A DNA stretch of 64,000 bases, from assembly GCA_963829055.1 (NCBI GenBank), contig CAWHHI010000016.1:1120001-1184000 (forward strand). The letters are read 5' to 3'. This document shows, in pieces, positions 43,083-53,042 of the stretch (position 1 is its first letter; each line of letters begins with the position of its first letter). The DNA comes from an uncultured Gemmatimonadaceae bacterium (lineage in GTDB: Bacteria; Gemmatimonadota; Gemmatimonadetes; Gemmatimonadales; Gemmatimonadaceae). Made by a program: the position numbers and the translations under genes. A model generated the notes under the pieces. It saw only the letters and a list, made by a program, of their open reading frames with translations, did not search any database and was not told the origin of the DNA.

Positions 43083-44525
43083 TCACACGCGGCGAACGAG
43101 CCACCGGCCGGCAGCCCTGACCATCGCCGGGACGGCACTCCAGCATGCGACAACGAGGCTCGCGCCCGCGAGCGAGAGCTCGTGCGCGGGATGGCCGCAC
43201 CAGACGACAGCCGTATCGCGGCCAAGGCGTCGCGCCTCGGCGCATAACGCGGCCGCATCGCTGATGGCGCGAGCGTCAACGTGGCTCAGTGTGGACGCGT
43301 TCGTGCCGGGCGGCAGGAGCACCACCACGAGCGTGGACCGCACCACACCCGACGGCGTCGTCACGTGCCTAACGCTCGACCCATCCGCGCCCGCGTCCGC
43401 GATGCCGGCCGCGAATGCGGCGACGATGGACGGCACGCCGGCCTGCTGGGATGCGCCGACAACTGCAACCTCGATGGGCGACGCGACGCGCACGCTGCGC
43501 CCGCGAATCACGGAGATCGCGCGCTCTCCGACGTCGCCGAGCCACGCGTGGTCGTCCGCGGAGCGCGCGAGGAACGACGAGGGCGCGCTCGCCATTTCCG
43601 CCCTGAGGCGCTGCCGACTACCCGCATCGTGCACGCGTTCGCGGTCGAGGCGTCCGGCCTGCACGGCATCCATCAACGCTCGCAGCTCGACGTCGACGTT
43701 CGCAGGGCGCACGACGAGATCGATCCCGGCAGCAACCATGTCCGCGGCAGCTACGCGCGCGCCGGTCTGAATGGCGAGCGACTCGGCGTCGGCGATGGCG
43801 AGACCGTCGAAGCCGAGTTGACCGCGGAGCAGCTTCTGAAGAATGGGCCGTGACAACGGAGCCGGAGCGCCGCTGGGATCGAGCGCCGAGTACCTCGCGT
43901 CGGCGATCATGACGCCGGCGACGCCGGCGTCGATGGTTGCGCGAAACGGAACGAGGTCCGTCGCATAGAGAGAATCATCGCTGTCGCGCACGGTTGGCAT
44001 CTCGAAGGCAGTCCGGATGATGCGACCAGCGCCGGGAAAGTGCCCCGCGAAACAGAGCACGCCTTCCGCCTGCGCGGCATCCACCCACTCCGATGCAGCG
44101 GCTGAGACCAGCGTCGCATCCGTGCCGAACATGTCGGCGCTGGCGCTGACAGCGACGTCACACGACGGCGCGAACAACGCGTTGCATCCGGCACGCCGAG
44201 CCTCCCGCGCCACGATGTGCGCGACGCGTCGGACGACGAGCGACTCGCGGAGCGACGCGATGGCGCCCGGTGGTGGCAACGCGACGGGATCACCCCACTC
44301 GGCAGCCGCGATCGTCGATGGCGCAATCGCGATGATCGGAGCGCTGTCAGCCTGACGCCGGATGTCCGCGGCCAGGGCCGAAACGGCATCGCACGACCCG
44401 CCCTCGATCAGGAACCCGCCGACGCCGGCCGCGAGCGCGCGGCTCACCGCCGGTCGCACCGGCGCGAACCCAAGCGTCGCATCCCACCGGATCGACGGCA
44501 GCAGGAGTCGCGCGATCTCGCGCAT
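43083..44525 (-). CDS. GH3 (NagZ-like) beta-N-acetylglucosaminidase homologue with degenerate active site
   Basis: GHFPGAG, DLVPFRATI.AGV, LLRGQLGFDGL..AD; last gene of murQ-anmK operon. Confidence 0.75.
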   Translation of the reverse strand: MREIARLLLPSIRWDATLGFAPVRPAVSRALAAGVGGFLIEGGSCDAVSALAADIRRQADSAPIIAIAPSTIAAAEWGDPVALPPPGAIASLRESLVVRRVAHIVAREARRAGCNALFAPSCDVAVSASADMFGTDATLVSAAASEWVDAAQAEGVLCFAGHFPGAGRIIRTAFEMPTVRDSDDSLYATDLVPFRATIDAGVAGVMIADARYSALDPSGAPAPLSRPILQKLLRGQLGFDGLAIADAESLAIQTGARVAAADMVAAGIDLVVRPANVDVELRALMDAVQAGRLDRERVHDAGSRQRLRAEMASAPSSFLARSADDHAWLGDVGERAISVIRGRSVRVASPIEVAVVGASQQAGVPSIVAAFAAGIADAGADGSSVRHVTTPSGVVRSTLVVVLLPPGTNASTLSHVDARAISDAAALCAEARRLGRDTAVVWCGHPAHELSLAGASLVVACWSAVPAMVRAAGRWLVRRV

Positions 44526-44553
44526 TGGCTCTCGTGACCTATGCCTAACGCAT

Positions 44554-45702
44554 TCAGGCTGGCGTGCGCTGGCCCAGGATGCGCGGCCCACGCGCGCCGG
44601 TGACGCTAGGCAAGTTGCCGGGCTCGCCCACGAGGTGCAGGTAACCGAGCAGGGCGAACGCCACCGCCTCCTTGGCCTCACCGTCAAAGAAGACGTCGCT
44701 GAAGCGCCGAACGACGACCGACGGAAGCGCGCTCGTGATCGCGTCGACGAGCGCCGGATTCTCGGCACCGCCGCCAGAGACGACGAGCTCGCGCACTGGC
44801 TCGGGCACGAACCGGCTGAACGCATCCGCAATGCTGGCCGCCGTTAGGCTGACGGCCGTCGCGACAATGTCGCCGGGAGATGCGGCCGGCTTCTCGGTGC
44901 GGCACCGCTCGATGAACGCGGAGATGAACGCCGGATCGAACAGCTCACGACCGGTCGACTTGGGCGGCGCACTCGCGAAGTACGGATCCGCGAGCACGTG
45001 CCGCACGACCGCGTCGATCGGCGTGCCGCTCCGCGCCAGCTTGCCATCGACATCGTACTCGAGGCCGGGAGCGACGACACGCGTGACGCCATCGATGACG
45101 ACGACGCCCGGCCCGGTGTCGAACGCGCGAGTGGAGATCGTGACGCCGCCCGGCGGAACGATGGTCACGTTGCCAATGCCGCCGAGGTTCTGGAGGGCAC
45201 GCCAATCGGTCGGGTGCGCGAACAAGAGTGCGTCGGCGGCCGGGACGAGCGGAGCGCCCTGCCCCGCGGCGGCGACGTCGCGGACACGAAAGTCGCTGAC
45301 CACGTCGATCCCGGTGCGCTCGGCGATCACGGCCGGTTGGCCGAACTGCCACGTCGAGTGACCGGGCTCGTGCCACACGGTCTGGCCGTGGCTTGCGATC
45401 GCGGCAACGTCGGCGCGTCCGACGCCTGCGTCGGCGATGGCGGCGATCGCGGCGTCGGCCAGCCAGTCGCCGAGGTCGAACGCGAGGCGGCAGTACTCGC
45501 GCGGCGTCGTTCCGATGAGTGCCGTCGCGAGTCGCTGGCGCTGGGCGGCGTCGTACGACCTGACGCTCATGCCTAACAACTCGTAGGTGAATCGTCCGTC
45601 ATCGCCGCGATCGAAGCGGACGACGGCGGCGGAGATGCCGTCGAGCGACGTGCCGGACATGAGTCCGACGAGGACGCGCGATGTTGAAGCCGGCTGCGTC
45701 AC
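44554..45702 (-). CDS. anmK: Anhydro-N-acetylmuramic acid kinase
   Basis: GLMSGTSLDG, SHGQT, DFRVRD, GQGAPLVP, NLGGIGN, DTGPG, KSTGRE, KEAVAFA. Confidence 0.95.
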   Translation of the reverse strand: MTQPASTSRVLVGLMSGTSLDGISAAVVRFDRGDDGRFTYELLGMSVRSYDAAQRQRLATALIGTTPREYCRLAFDLGDWLADAAIAAIADAGVGRADVAAIASHGQTVWHEPGHSTWQFGQPAVIAERTGIDVVSDFRVRDVAAAGQGAPLVPAADALLFAHPTDWRALQNLGGIGNVTIVPPGGVTISTRAFDTGPGVVVIDGVTRVVAPGLEYDVDGKLARSGTPIDAVVRHVLADPYFASAPPKSTGRELFDPAFISAFIERCRTEKPAASPGDIVATAVSLTAASIADAFSRFVPEPVRELVVSGGGAENPALVDAITSALPSVVVRRFSDVFFDGEAKEAVAFALLGYLHLVGEPGNLPSVTGARGPRILGQRTPA

Positions 45703-46631
45703 GTCGGTACCGGTGGGGGTGCGTCGGCGACCACGCGGCGAATGACGCCACCGGCGGCTTCGAGCGCTTTCAAGGCGCCGTCGCGATCGACGCCGAGCTT
45801 CTGCATCACGATCGCGGTCTTCACGCTGCGGTCGGCCGCGGCGATGAACACACGCGCTTCGTCGCGCGAGATGCCGCACACTTCGGCGACGATGCGCTCG
45901 CTGCGGTCGACGAGCTTCGCGTTCGTGGCGCGCAGGTCGACCATCAGGTTGCCGTACGTCTTGCCGATGCGGATCATCGCGCCGGTGGTGATCATGTTGA
46001 GCACCATCTTCGTCGCGGTCCCGGCCTTGAGCCGCGTGGAGCCAGTGACGACTTCGGGTCCGACGATCGCGATGATGGCGACGTCGAGTTGCGCGGTGAG
46101 CTCGGCGGAGATCGGCGTGCAGGCGACGAATGCGGTGCGCGCGTGCCTCGCGCGCGCGCGCGCAATCGCGCCGTGCACGAAGGGTGTGGTGCCTGACGCG
46201 GCCACACCGACGACGATGTCACGGTCGCCGACTGCATGCTCGTCCATCACCGCTGCGCCACCGGCGGGCGAGTCCTCAGCGCCTTCCTGCGCACGGAGGA
46301 TGGCCGGGAATCCGCCGGCGATTATCCCCTGCACCATCTCGGGGTCGCTGCCGAACGTCGGCGGGCACTCGCTCGCATCGAGCACACCGAGCCGTCCCGA
46401 GGTGCCAGCACCGACGTAGAACAGCCGACCGCCGCGGCGGAACGCGTCTTCGGTGATCGCGATGACACGCGCGATCTGCTCGCGCTGGCTGGCGACCGCG
46501 TCAGCGACCGAGCGGTCTTCGGCGTTCATGAGATCGACGATCTCGAGTGGCGTGGCGAGATCGATGTTCGCCGTTCGCGGATTGCGCCGTTCGGTGACGC
46601 GCGGATCGAGTGGTGGCGCCTGACGAGTCAC
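45699..46631 (-). CDS. murQ: N-acetylmuramic acid 6-phosphate etherase
   Basis: TERRNP, GAGTSGRLGVLDASECPPTF, GPEVVTGSTRLKAGTA, NLMVD. Confidence 0.96.
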   Translation of the reverse strand: MTRQAPPLDPRVTERRNPRTANIDLATPLEIVDLMNAEDRSVADAVASQREQIARVIAITEDAFRRGGRLFYVGAGTSGRLGVLDASECPPTFGSDPEMVQGIIAGGFPAILRAQEGAEDSPAGGAAVMDEHAVGDRDIVVGVAASGTTPFVHGAIARARARHARTAFVACTPISAELTAQLDVAIIAIVGPEVVTGSTRLKAGTATKMVLNMITTGAMIRIGKTYGNLMVDLRATNAKLVDRSERIVAEVCGISRDEARVFIAAADRSVKTAIVMQKLGVDRDGALKALEAAGGVIRRVVADAPPPVPT

Positions 46632-46794
46632 GACGAAGTCACGACGAGATGATGGGAGTGACAGGCAGTGCCGCTCGTTGACGGCGGCGCGCGTTCACTG
46701 TCGGGGGCGGGGATCGCGCGGCTAAGTTATCCAACACGCGCGAACGAAGGCAAGCGTTCGGCGTCCGTCCTCTCGTCGCGACCGGAGTCGTCCG

Positions 46795-48630
46795 ATGCCG
46801 ACCACGCTTCTCAGCAAATTCACCGCAGGCGCCACGGTGCTCGCCGCGTGCGCCGCAGTCGCCGCGTGTCGCACCGCGCGCACGTCGGATCCCATCGCCG
46901 ACAAGTGTGTGACATCAGTCGGCCTCGTAGAGGGCGCGCCGGCGAGCGTCGTCACGCAGGCGGCGGGTGTAAGTCGCACGCGAGCAGCCGCGTTTCCCGC
47001 CGAGTGGCGCTTCAAGGCCGGCGAGCAGGGCACGGTGGCGCCGACCGCCATGGTCGCGAGCAACAACGCGCTCGCGAGCGCCGCCGGCGATGAGATCATG
47101 AAGGCTGGCGGCAACGCCGTCGATGCCGCGGTCGCGACAGGCTTCGCGCTCGCCGTCACGTTCCCGTTCGCCGGCAACCTCGGCGGCGGTGGGTACATGG
47201 TGATCCGCATGGCCGACGGACGCACCGCTGCCGTGGACTATCGCGAGATCGCGCCGCTCGCGGCGATCCGCGACATGTACATCGGCCCCGACGGCAAGCT
47301 CACGAACGAGAGCGTGGTCGGATATCGCGCGTCGGGCGTGCCGGGCGCGGTGGCTGGAATGACCGCGGCGCTCGCGAAGTTCGGCAGCAAGCCGCTCCGC
47401 GAGGTGCTGCAACCCGCGATCAGGCTCGCCGAAGAGGGCTTCATCGTCGACAGCGTGTTGTTCGCGTCGCTGCGCGGCAGTCGCGCGTACCTCGAGCGCT
47501 TTGACGGGAAGACCGTCTTCTACCCGAATGGAGAACCGCTCCAACCGGGCACACGGTTCCGTCAGCCGGCGCTCGCGCGCACGCTCAAGCTGATCGCCGA
47601 GCAGGGTGCGGACGCCTTCTATCGAGGTGAAGTCGGTGATTCGCTCGTCGCGGGCATGAAGCGCGGCGGCGGGATCATCACGAAGGAGGATCTCGCGCGC
47701 TACAAGCCCGAGATGCGCCAGCCCATCGCGTCCACGTATCGCGGCTATCACCTGCTCACGATGCCGCCGTCGTCGTCAGGCGGCGTGACGATCACCGAGA
47801 CGCTCAACATTCTCGAGACGTACGACAACCTGCCGCCATTCGGCAGCGTGGGGTACGCGCATGCGCTGGCGTCGGCGTATCAACGCGCGTTCATCGATCG
47901 CAACTCGAAGCTCGCCGATCCGGCGTTCGCGCAGGTGCCGCTCGACAAGCTCACGAGCAAGTCGTACGCGCGCGAGCTTCGCAAGACGATCGCGAACGAC
48001 AAGGCGACGCCGACGCCAACGCTCGAGCGTACGATCGCCGACGGCATGCACACCACGCACTACTCGGTGGTGGACGGTTCGGGCAACGCCGTCGCGACGA
48101 CGACGACGATCAACAACGGCTACGGCTCGGGCGTGTACCTAACGGGACCGGGCTTCTTCATGAACGACGAGATGGACGACTTCGCCGCGCAGCCGGGCAA
48201 GCCGAACATGTTCGGCCTCGTGCAGGGCGAGGCGAACGCGATCGCGCCGGGCAAGCGGATGCTGAGCGCGATGTCGCCGACGATCGTGCTCGACCCGCAG
48301 GGCAAGCTGTTGCTGGTGGTCGGCGCGGCGGGCGGCCCACGCATCATCACGGCGACGTCGCAGGTGATTCTGAACGTGATTCAGAATCACATGACGCTCG
48401 CGGACGCGATGCGCGCGCCGCGGCTGCATCACCAGGCGCTGCCGGATACGCTGCGGTTCGAGAGTGCGGGCCTAACGCCGGCGGTCGTGGATTCGCTGCG
48501 CGCGATGGGATGGGGCATCGTGTCGACGGGCTCGGTGGCGAACGTCAACGCCATCATGCGCATCCCGGGCGGCCTGGTTGGAGTCACAGAACCGCGGGAT
48601 CGTGGGCCGAGTCGGGCGGTAGGACACTGA
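46795..48630 (+). CDS. ggt: Gamma-glutamyltransferase
   Basis: GGNAVDAAVA, DYREIAP, PPSSSGG, TTHYSVVD nucleophile, MNDEMDDF, PGKRMLSAMSP. Confidence 0.95.
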   Translation: MPTTLLSKFTAGATVLAACAAVAACRTARTSDPIADKCVTSVGLVEGAPASVVTQAAGVSRTRAAAFPAEWRFKAGEQGTVAPTAMVASNNALASAAGDEIMKAGGNAVDAAVATGFALAVTFPFAGNLGGGGYMVIRMADGRTAAVDYREIAPLAAIRDMYIGPDGKLTNESVVGYRASGVPGAVAGMTAALAKFGSKPLREVLQPAIRLAEEGFIVDSVLFASLRGSRAYLERFDGKTVFYPNGEPLQPGTRFRQPALARTLKLIAEQGADAFYRGEVGDSLVAGMKRGGGIITKEDLARYKPEMRQPIASTYRGYHLLTMPPSSSGGVTITETLNILETYDNLPPFGSVGYAHALASAYQRAFIDRNSKLADPAFAQVPLDKLTSKSYARELRKTIANDKATPTPTLERTIADGMHTTHYSVVDGSGNAVATTTTINNGYGSGVYLTGPGFFMNDEMDDFAAQPGKPNMFGLVQGEANAIAPGKRMLSAMSPTIVLDPQGKLLLVVGAAGGPRIITATSQVILNVIQNHMTLADAMRAPRLHHQALPDTLRFESAGLTPAVVDSLRAMGWGIVSTGSVANVNAIMRIPGGLVGVTEPRDRGPSRAVGH

Positions 48631-48635
48631 ACCGT

Positions 48636-48677
48636 CGGGAATCGGGAATCGGGAATCGGGAATCGGGAATCGGGAAT
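48636..48677 (+). repeat. (CGGGAAT)6 heptamer tandem repeat
   Basis: Directly visible; reverse-complement copies at 48764-48790. Confidence 0.9.
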
Positions 48678-48678
48678 G

Positions 48679-48716
48679 AAACCCCGGGATGCTCACTCGA
48701 GCGTCCCGGGGTTTTT
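48679..48716. terminator. Intrinsic terminator, probably bidirectional
   Basis: AAACCCCGGGATGCTC-actc-GAGCGTCCCGGGGTTTTT between convergent genes. Confidence 0.85.
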
Positions 48717-48795
48717 GCTTGTCGACCAGCGACCAGCACGAGCGACCAGCTACCAGCCTGCAGTTCCCTATTCCCGATTCCCGATTCCCGAACCG

Positions 48796-49671
48796 TTAGG
48801 CTTTAATGGTCAGCGGCGACGTCAGCTTGACGACGATGCGTCCGCCATCGTTCACGCAGCCATCGTAGTTCGCCGTCGCGGCAGCGGCGGCCGTGCCAGC
48901 GGCGGCGCCACCGGCCGCACCGATGACCGTGCCCTTCGCGTCCTTGCCGATCACCTGGCCGATCACCGCACCGAGCACCGCGCCACCGAGCACCTTCTTC
49001 GCGTCGTTGCCCTTCGTCGACGCGCGCACGCGGTCGACCGCGGCGGACGAGACGTCGGCATCGACGTTGTACGTGTTCCCGCCGAACGAGATCGTGCGGA
49101 CGGCGAAGCCCATCTCGATGTTGTCGTTCGCGTTCTCGCTCTTCTTGAGCTTCGTCACTTCGATCTCGGCGGTCGCGCCGGCCGGAATCACCGCGCCGTT
49201 GCTGCCCGTGACGGCCTCGCTCAGCGTCGCGGTGAAGCGATCGCCGACCTTGTTCGTGTTCGTGCAGACCTTGGACGTCGACGCCATCGTCAGCGTCGTG
49301 CCCGACGCGATCGCGCCAACACCGCCAGCCGAGCTCTTCTCGCCCGGCGTTACCGTGTTGCCGGACGCCGTGCGCGGCGGTGCAGCCGGCTCCGGCGTCG
49401 GGGCAGGCGTGGTCGGCCGTGTCGTCGGCCGCGTGGTCGGACGTGTCGCAGGCGCCTTTGGCGCCGGCTCCGGCGTGGCGGTCGCGGGCGGTACGTCCTT
49501 GAGCTGCGGCTGCGCGGCACTGTCGCCGGTCGCCAGCTGCAGATCGCGATTGAGCGCCGAATCCTGCGCCAGCGTCGTATCAGTCTTCTCGCCGCCGTTG
49601 CTGCAAGCGGCAATAGCGAACGTGATCGTCAACGCCAATGGCGCGCCAGCTCGCCGAATATATTTGGACAT
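48796..49671 (-). CDS. Lipoprotein with Pro/Thr linker and C-terminal glycine zipper
   Basis: Lipobox IAAC; GGAVLGAVIGQVIG...GAAGGAAAG. Confidence 0.8.
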   Translation of the reverse strand: MSKYIRRAGAPLALTITFAIAACSNGGEKTDTTLAQDSALNRDLQLATGDSAAQPQLKDVPPATATPEPAPKAPATRPTTRPTTRPTTPAPTPEPAAPPRTASGNTVTPGEKSSAGGVGAIASGTTLTMASTSKVCTNTNKVGDRFTATLSEAVTGSNGAVIPAGATAEIEVTKLKKSENANDNIEMGFAVRTISFGGNTYNVDADVSSAAVDRVRASTKGNDAKKVLGGAVLGAVIGQVIGKDAKGTVIGAAGGAAAGTAAAAATANYDGCVNDGGRIVVKLTSPLTIKA

Positions 49672-49756
49672 TCATAGCCTCCGAATTGTGGTGCTGTAGT
49701 TCGTACCAACAGCGCTGAAAAATGTGCCTTCAGCAGGGATACAGGGGGCAATCCAT

Positions 49757-51553
49757 ATGCCAACCATGAGGGCGCTTCGACGGCTCCTGCCGTACTTTCG
49801 CCCATATCGCTGGCAAGTCTTTCTCGGGCTTGCCTGTGTGATCGTATCGGCAGCGTTCGCGAGCGTGACCCCATGGCTCCTTCGCTCGGCGCTGGACGGC
49901 ATTGGATCTGGCGCGCCCGCGCGCCGCATCTGGACGCTCGCCGCTTCCATGGTCGCCCTCGCTCTCGTTGCCGGCGTCCTCCGCTATGGCATGCGCGATC
50001 TGATCAACGGCCTCAGTCGACGCATTGAGTACGACCTACGCAACGACCTATTCGTACACCTCCTGAAACTCGACGCCGCTTACTTCGGGCGCACCCGAAC
50101 GGGTGACATCATGGCCCGGCTGACGAACGACCTGAGCGCTGTGCGTCAGGCAGCCGGGCCCGCCATAATGTACCTCACCAATACCGTGGCCGGCGCCGCC
50201 TTCGCGCTGTACTTCATGTTACGAATCGACGTCCGGCTGACGCTTCTGGCGCTCACGCCAATGGTCGTGCTGCCGGTGATGACCATGTGGCTCGGACGCG
50301 CGATTCACGAGCGTTTCGAGGCCGTCCAGGAGCACTTCAGTACCATGACCACGCGTGCCCAGGAGAACCTCGCCGGCGCGCGTATCGTCCGGGCCTACCG
50401 CCAGGAGCAGGCGGAGCTCGACCGGTTCGCCGCGCTGAACGAGCAGTACCTCGACGAAGAACATGGGGCTCGTTCGTCTGTACGGGATCATGAACCCCGC
50501 GTTTGGCCTGCTCGCCGGACTGGGCGCCGTGACGGTGCTTGGCGTCGGCGGGGCGCTCGCCGTCAGCGGTACGATCTCCGTCGGGGCCTTCGTCGCGTTC
50601 GGGCTCTACCTCGGCATGCTGACCTGGCCGCTCATCGCGTTAGGCTGGGTAGTGAACCTGTTTCAGCGCGGCGCGGCGTCCATGGCTCGGCTGGCTCGAG
50701 ATCCTCGACCAGGCACCCACCGTGGCGAATCCGCCGGCTCCGGCTTCCCTGCCCGCGGCGGCCGCTGGACGATCTGTCGAGTTCCGAGGCGTCGGGTTCC
50801 ATTATCCGTCTCCGGGCGACGCGCGCGACGCGCTGGGTGCTCCGCGACATCTCCTTCCGCGTAGAGGCGGGGTCGACGCTCGCCGTGGTCGGTGCCACGG
50901 GCAGCGGCAAGAGCGCGCTGCTCGAGCTGCTCGCGCGCGTCTACGATCCGCAGGAAGGACAGGTCCTGGTCGACGGCGTCCCGGTGCAATCGCTGACGCT
51001 CGACCAGCTCAGACGCGAGATCGGATTCGTGCCGCAGGAGAGCCTCCTGTTCAGCGAGACGATCCGCGAGAACCTGACGTACGGAACGGACGACACGGCG
51101 GCGGCGGAGTGGGCCGCGGGCGTCGCCCAGCTGGACACCACGATCGAAAATTTTCCCGGCGGCTACGACACCCTGCTCGGCGAGCGCGGGATCAACCTGT
51201 CGGGCGGGCAGAAACAGCGTGCGGCCCTTGCCCGCGCGCTCGCGAGACGTCCATCGATCGTCGTGCTCGACGACGCCCTGTCGGCAGTCGACACGCACAC
51301 GGAGGCGGACATCCTTCGAGGGCTGCGCGAGGCGCTCCGTGGACGGACGGCGATCATCGCATCGCACCGCATCAGCGCCGTGCGCGACGCGAGCTGGATC
51401 ATCGTGCTCGATGAAGGACGCATCGTCGAACAGGGACGCCACACGGACCTGATCGTGGCCGGCGGGCGCTACTGGACGCTGCTCCGGCGCCAGCAGCTCG
51501 AGGACGCGATCGAGGACGAATCTGTCACCCCGCAAGGGGTGGCAGCCGGCTGA
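49757..51553 (+). CDS. ABC exporter, fused permease/ATPase (MdlA-like; frameshifts near 50460, 50690, 50825)
   Basis: TGDIMARLTND, GATGSGKS, LSGGQKQR, LDDALSAVD, SHR. Confidence 0.9.
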   Translation: MPTMRALRRLLPYFRPYRWQVFLGLACVIVSAAFASVTPWLLRSALDGIGSGAPARRIWTLAASMVALALVAGVLRYGMRDLINGLSRRIEYDLRNDLFVHLLKLDAAYFGRTRTGDIMARLTNDLSAVRQAAGPAIMYLTNTVAGAAFALYFMLRIDVRLTLLALTPMVVLPVMTMWLGRAIHERFEAVQEHFSTMTTRAQENLAGARIVRAYRQEQAELDRFAALNEQYLDEEHGARSSVRDHEPRVWPARRTGRRDGAWRRRGARRQRYDLRRGLRRVRALPRHADLAAHRVRLGSEPVSARRGVHGSAGSRSSTRHPPWRIRRLRLPCPRRPLDDLSSSEASGSIIRLRATRATRWVLRDISFRVEAGSTLAVVGATGSGKSALLELLARVYDPQEGQVLVDGVPVQSLTLDQLRREIGFVPQESLLFSETIRENLTYGTDDTAAAEWAAGVAQLDTTIENFPGGYDTLLGERGINLSGGQKQRAALARALARRPSIVVLDDALSAVDTHTEADILRGLREALRGRTAIIASHRISAVRDASWIIVLDEGRIVEQGRHTDLIVAGGRYWTLLRRQQLEDAIEDESVTPQGVAAG

Positions 51554-51575
51554 CGTCACGAGATACAATAGAACC

Positions 51576-52388
51576 ATGCATCCTGTGGATTCATCGACCA
51601 CGGCCGAGCACCGTGTCACGCTGCTCGAAGAAGCGCTGAACGAGGCCGCACAGGTCAATGCGGAGCTGCAGTCGCGCGACGCACTGAAGACGCAATTCCT
51701 GTCGAACATCTCGCACGACCTGCGCACGCCGCTCACGGCGATCATCACGCACGCCGAGATCCTTCGTGACGGCATCCTCGGGCCGTTGTCCGAGCGGCAG
51801 CGCGATAGCGTGGCGAGCATCATCGGCGGCGGGCGACAGCTGCTCGACGCCGTCGGCGAGATTCTCACGTATGCGCGTGGCGCGGCGAATCAGCTCACGG
51901 TATCACCCAGCGAGTTTCACATCTCCGCGGTCGTGGCGCAGGTGTCCGCGCTCAACGAGCCGTTGATCGCGAAGAAGGGATTGTCGCTGAGCGTCGATGT
52001 GGCCGACGGCGTTCCGTCGCTCGTCGCGGACCGCGAGCAGGTCACGCACGTGGTGAGCAACCTCCTCGGCAACGCCATCGCGTTCACGCCGGCCGGCGGA
52101 CGCGTGTGGGTGAACGTGACGTGCGTGCGCGACGCCGCGACGACGAACGTGCAGGTGGAAGTGGGCGACACCGGCATCGGCATCGCGCCGGAACACCACG
52201 ACCTGGTGTTCCGCGAGTTCGCGCAGGTCGACCCCTCTCCGTCACGCCGGCATCACGGCACGGGGCTCGGCCTAACGATTGCGCGGCGGCTCGTGGAGCT
52301 GAACGGCGGACGGATCTGGCTCGAGAGCCAGCTCGGAGAAGGCAGTCGGTTCTTCTTCGCCCTGCCGGCCGGCGACGTCACGCGCTGA
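51576..52388 (+). CDS. Sensor-less histidine kinase (HisKA + HATPase)
   Basis: SHDLRTPL, NLLGNAIAFT, DTGIGI, GTGLGL. Confidence 0.9.
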   Translation: MHPVDSSTTAEHRVTLLEEALNEAAQVNAELQSRDALKTQFLSNISHDLRTPLTAIITHAEILRDGILGPLSERQRDSVASIIGGGRQLLDAVGEILTYARGAANQLTVSPSEFHISAVVAQVSALNEPLIAKKGLSLSVDVADGVPSLVADREQVTHVVSNLLGNAIAFTPAGGRVWVNVTCVRDAATTNVQVEVGDTGIGIAPEHHDLVFREFAQVDPSPSRRHHGTGLGLTIARRLVELNGGRIWLESQLGEGSRFFFALPAGDVTR

Positions 52389-52763
52389 GTGGTGGAGGCG
52401 CGCCCGCACATCCTGATCGTGGATGACAGCGCGCTCGTGACGGGGGCGCTCACGATTCTGTTCGAGGAGACCGGCCACGACGTGTCGGTCGCTGGAAGCA
52501 TCCGCGATGCGGTGGCAGCGGGAAGCGCACGTTCTGTCGACGTCATGCTGCTCGACCTGACGTTGCCTGATGGCGACGGTCTTGCAACGCTGCTGGAATT
52601 GCGGGCGCGAAACGCGGAGCCGCGCGTCACGGCGGCCTTGACGGGCCGCGACGCGGCGGAGGTTCAGGCGCGCTGCACGGCGGCTGGATGCCGGGCGGTG
52701 CTGGTGAAGCCGGTACCCATCGCGGAGCTGCTCGCACGAGTTCGGGAGTGGACGGCTGCTTGA
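52389..52763 (+). CDS. Single-domain response regulator
   Basis: ILIVDD, LLDLTLPDGDG, ALTG, VKP. Confidence 0.85.
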   Translation: MVEARPHILIVDDSALVTGALTILFEETGHDVSVAGSIRDAVAAGSARSVDVMLLDLTLPDGDGLATLLELRARNAEPRVTAALTGRDAAEVQARCTAAGCRAVLVKPVPIAELLARVREWTAA

Positions 52764-53042
52764 TCAGCAGGGCTGGGTGTGCGGCGGCATGGCCAGTACC
52801 AAGTGCGTCAGTCGACTCAGCAGGAGTCATCAGGCTTCAGGTCCCGTATCCGCTGGCTTGGGTCGCGCGTGGGGTCGTGCTTTGGTCGCGGCGGACTGGT
52901 GACTGGGCTCGGAGACTGATGCCTGACAACTCGTACTCGACGCTGGCGTGCTGAGTGACTGGCCGCGACGCCGCGAGATGCGGGCATCGCCAACTCCTCA
53001 GGCGACTGTATTCGGTCCGCTTCGCTCGCTCGGAATGACAGG

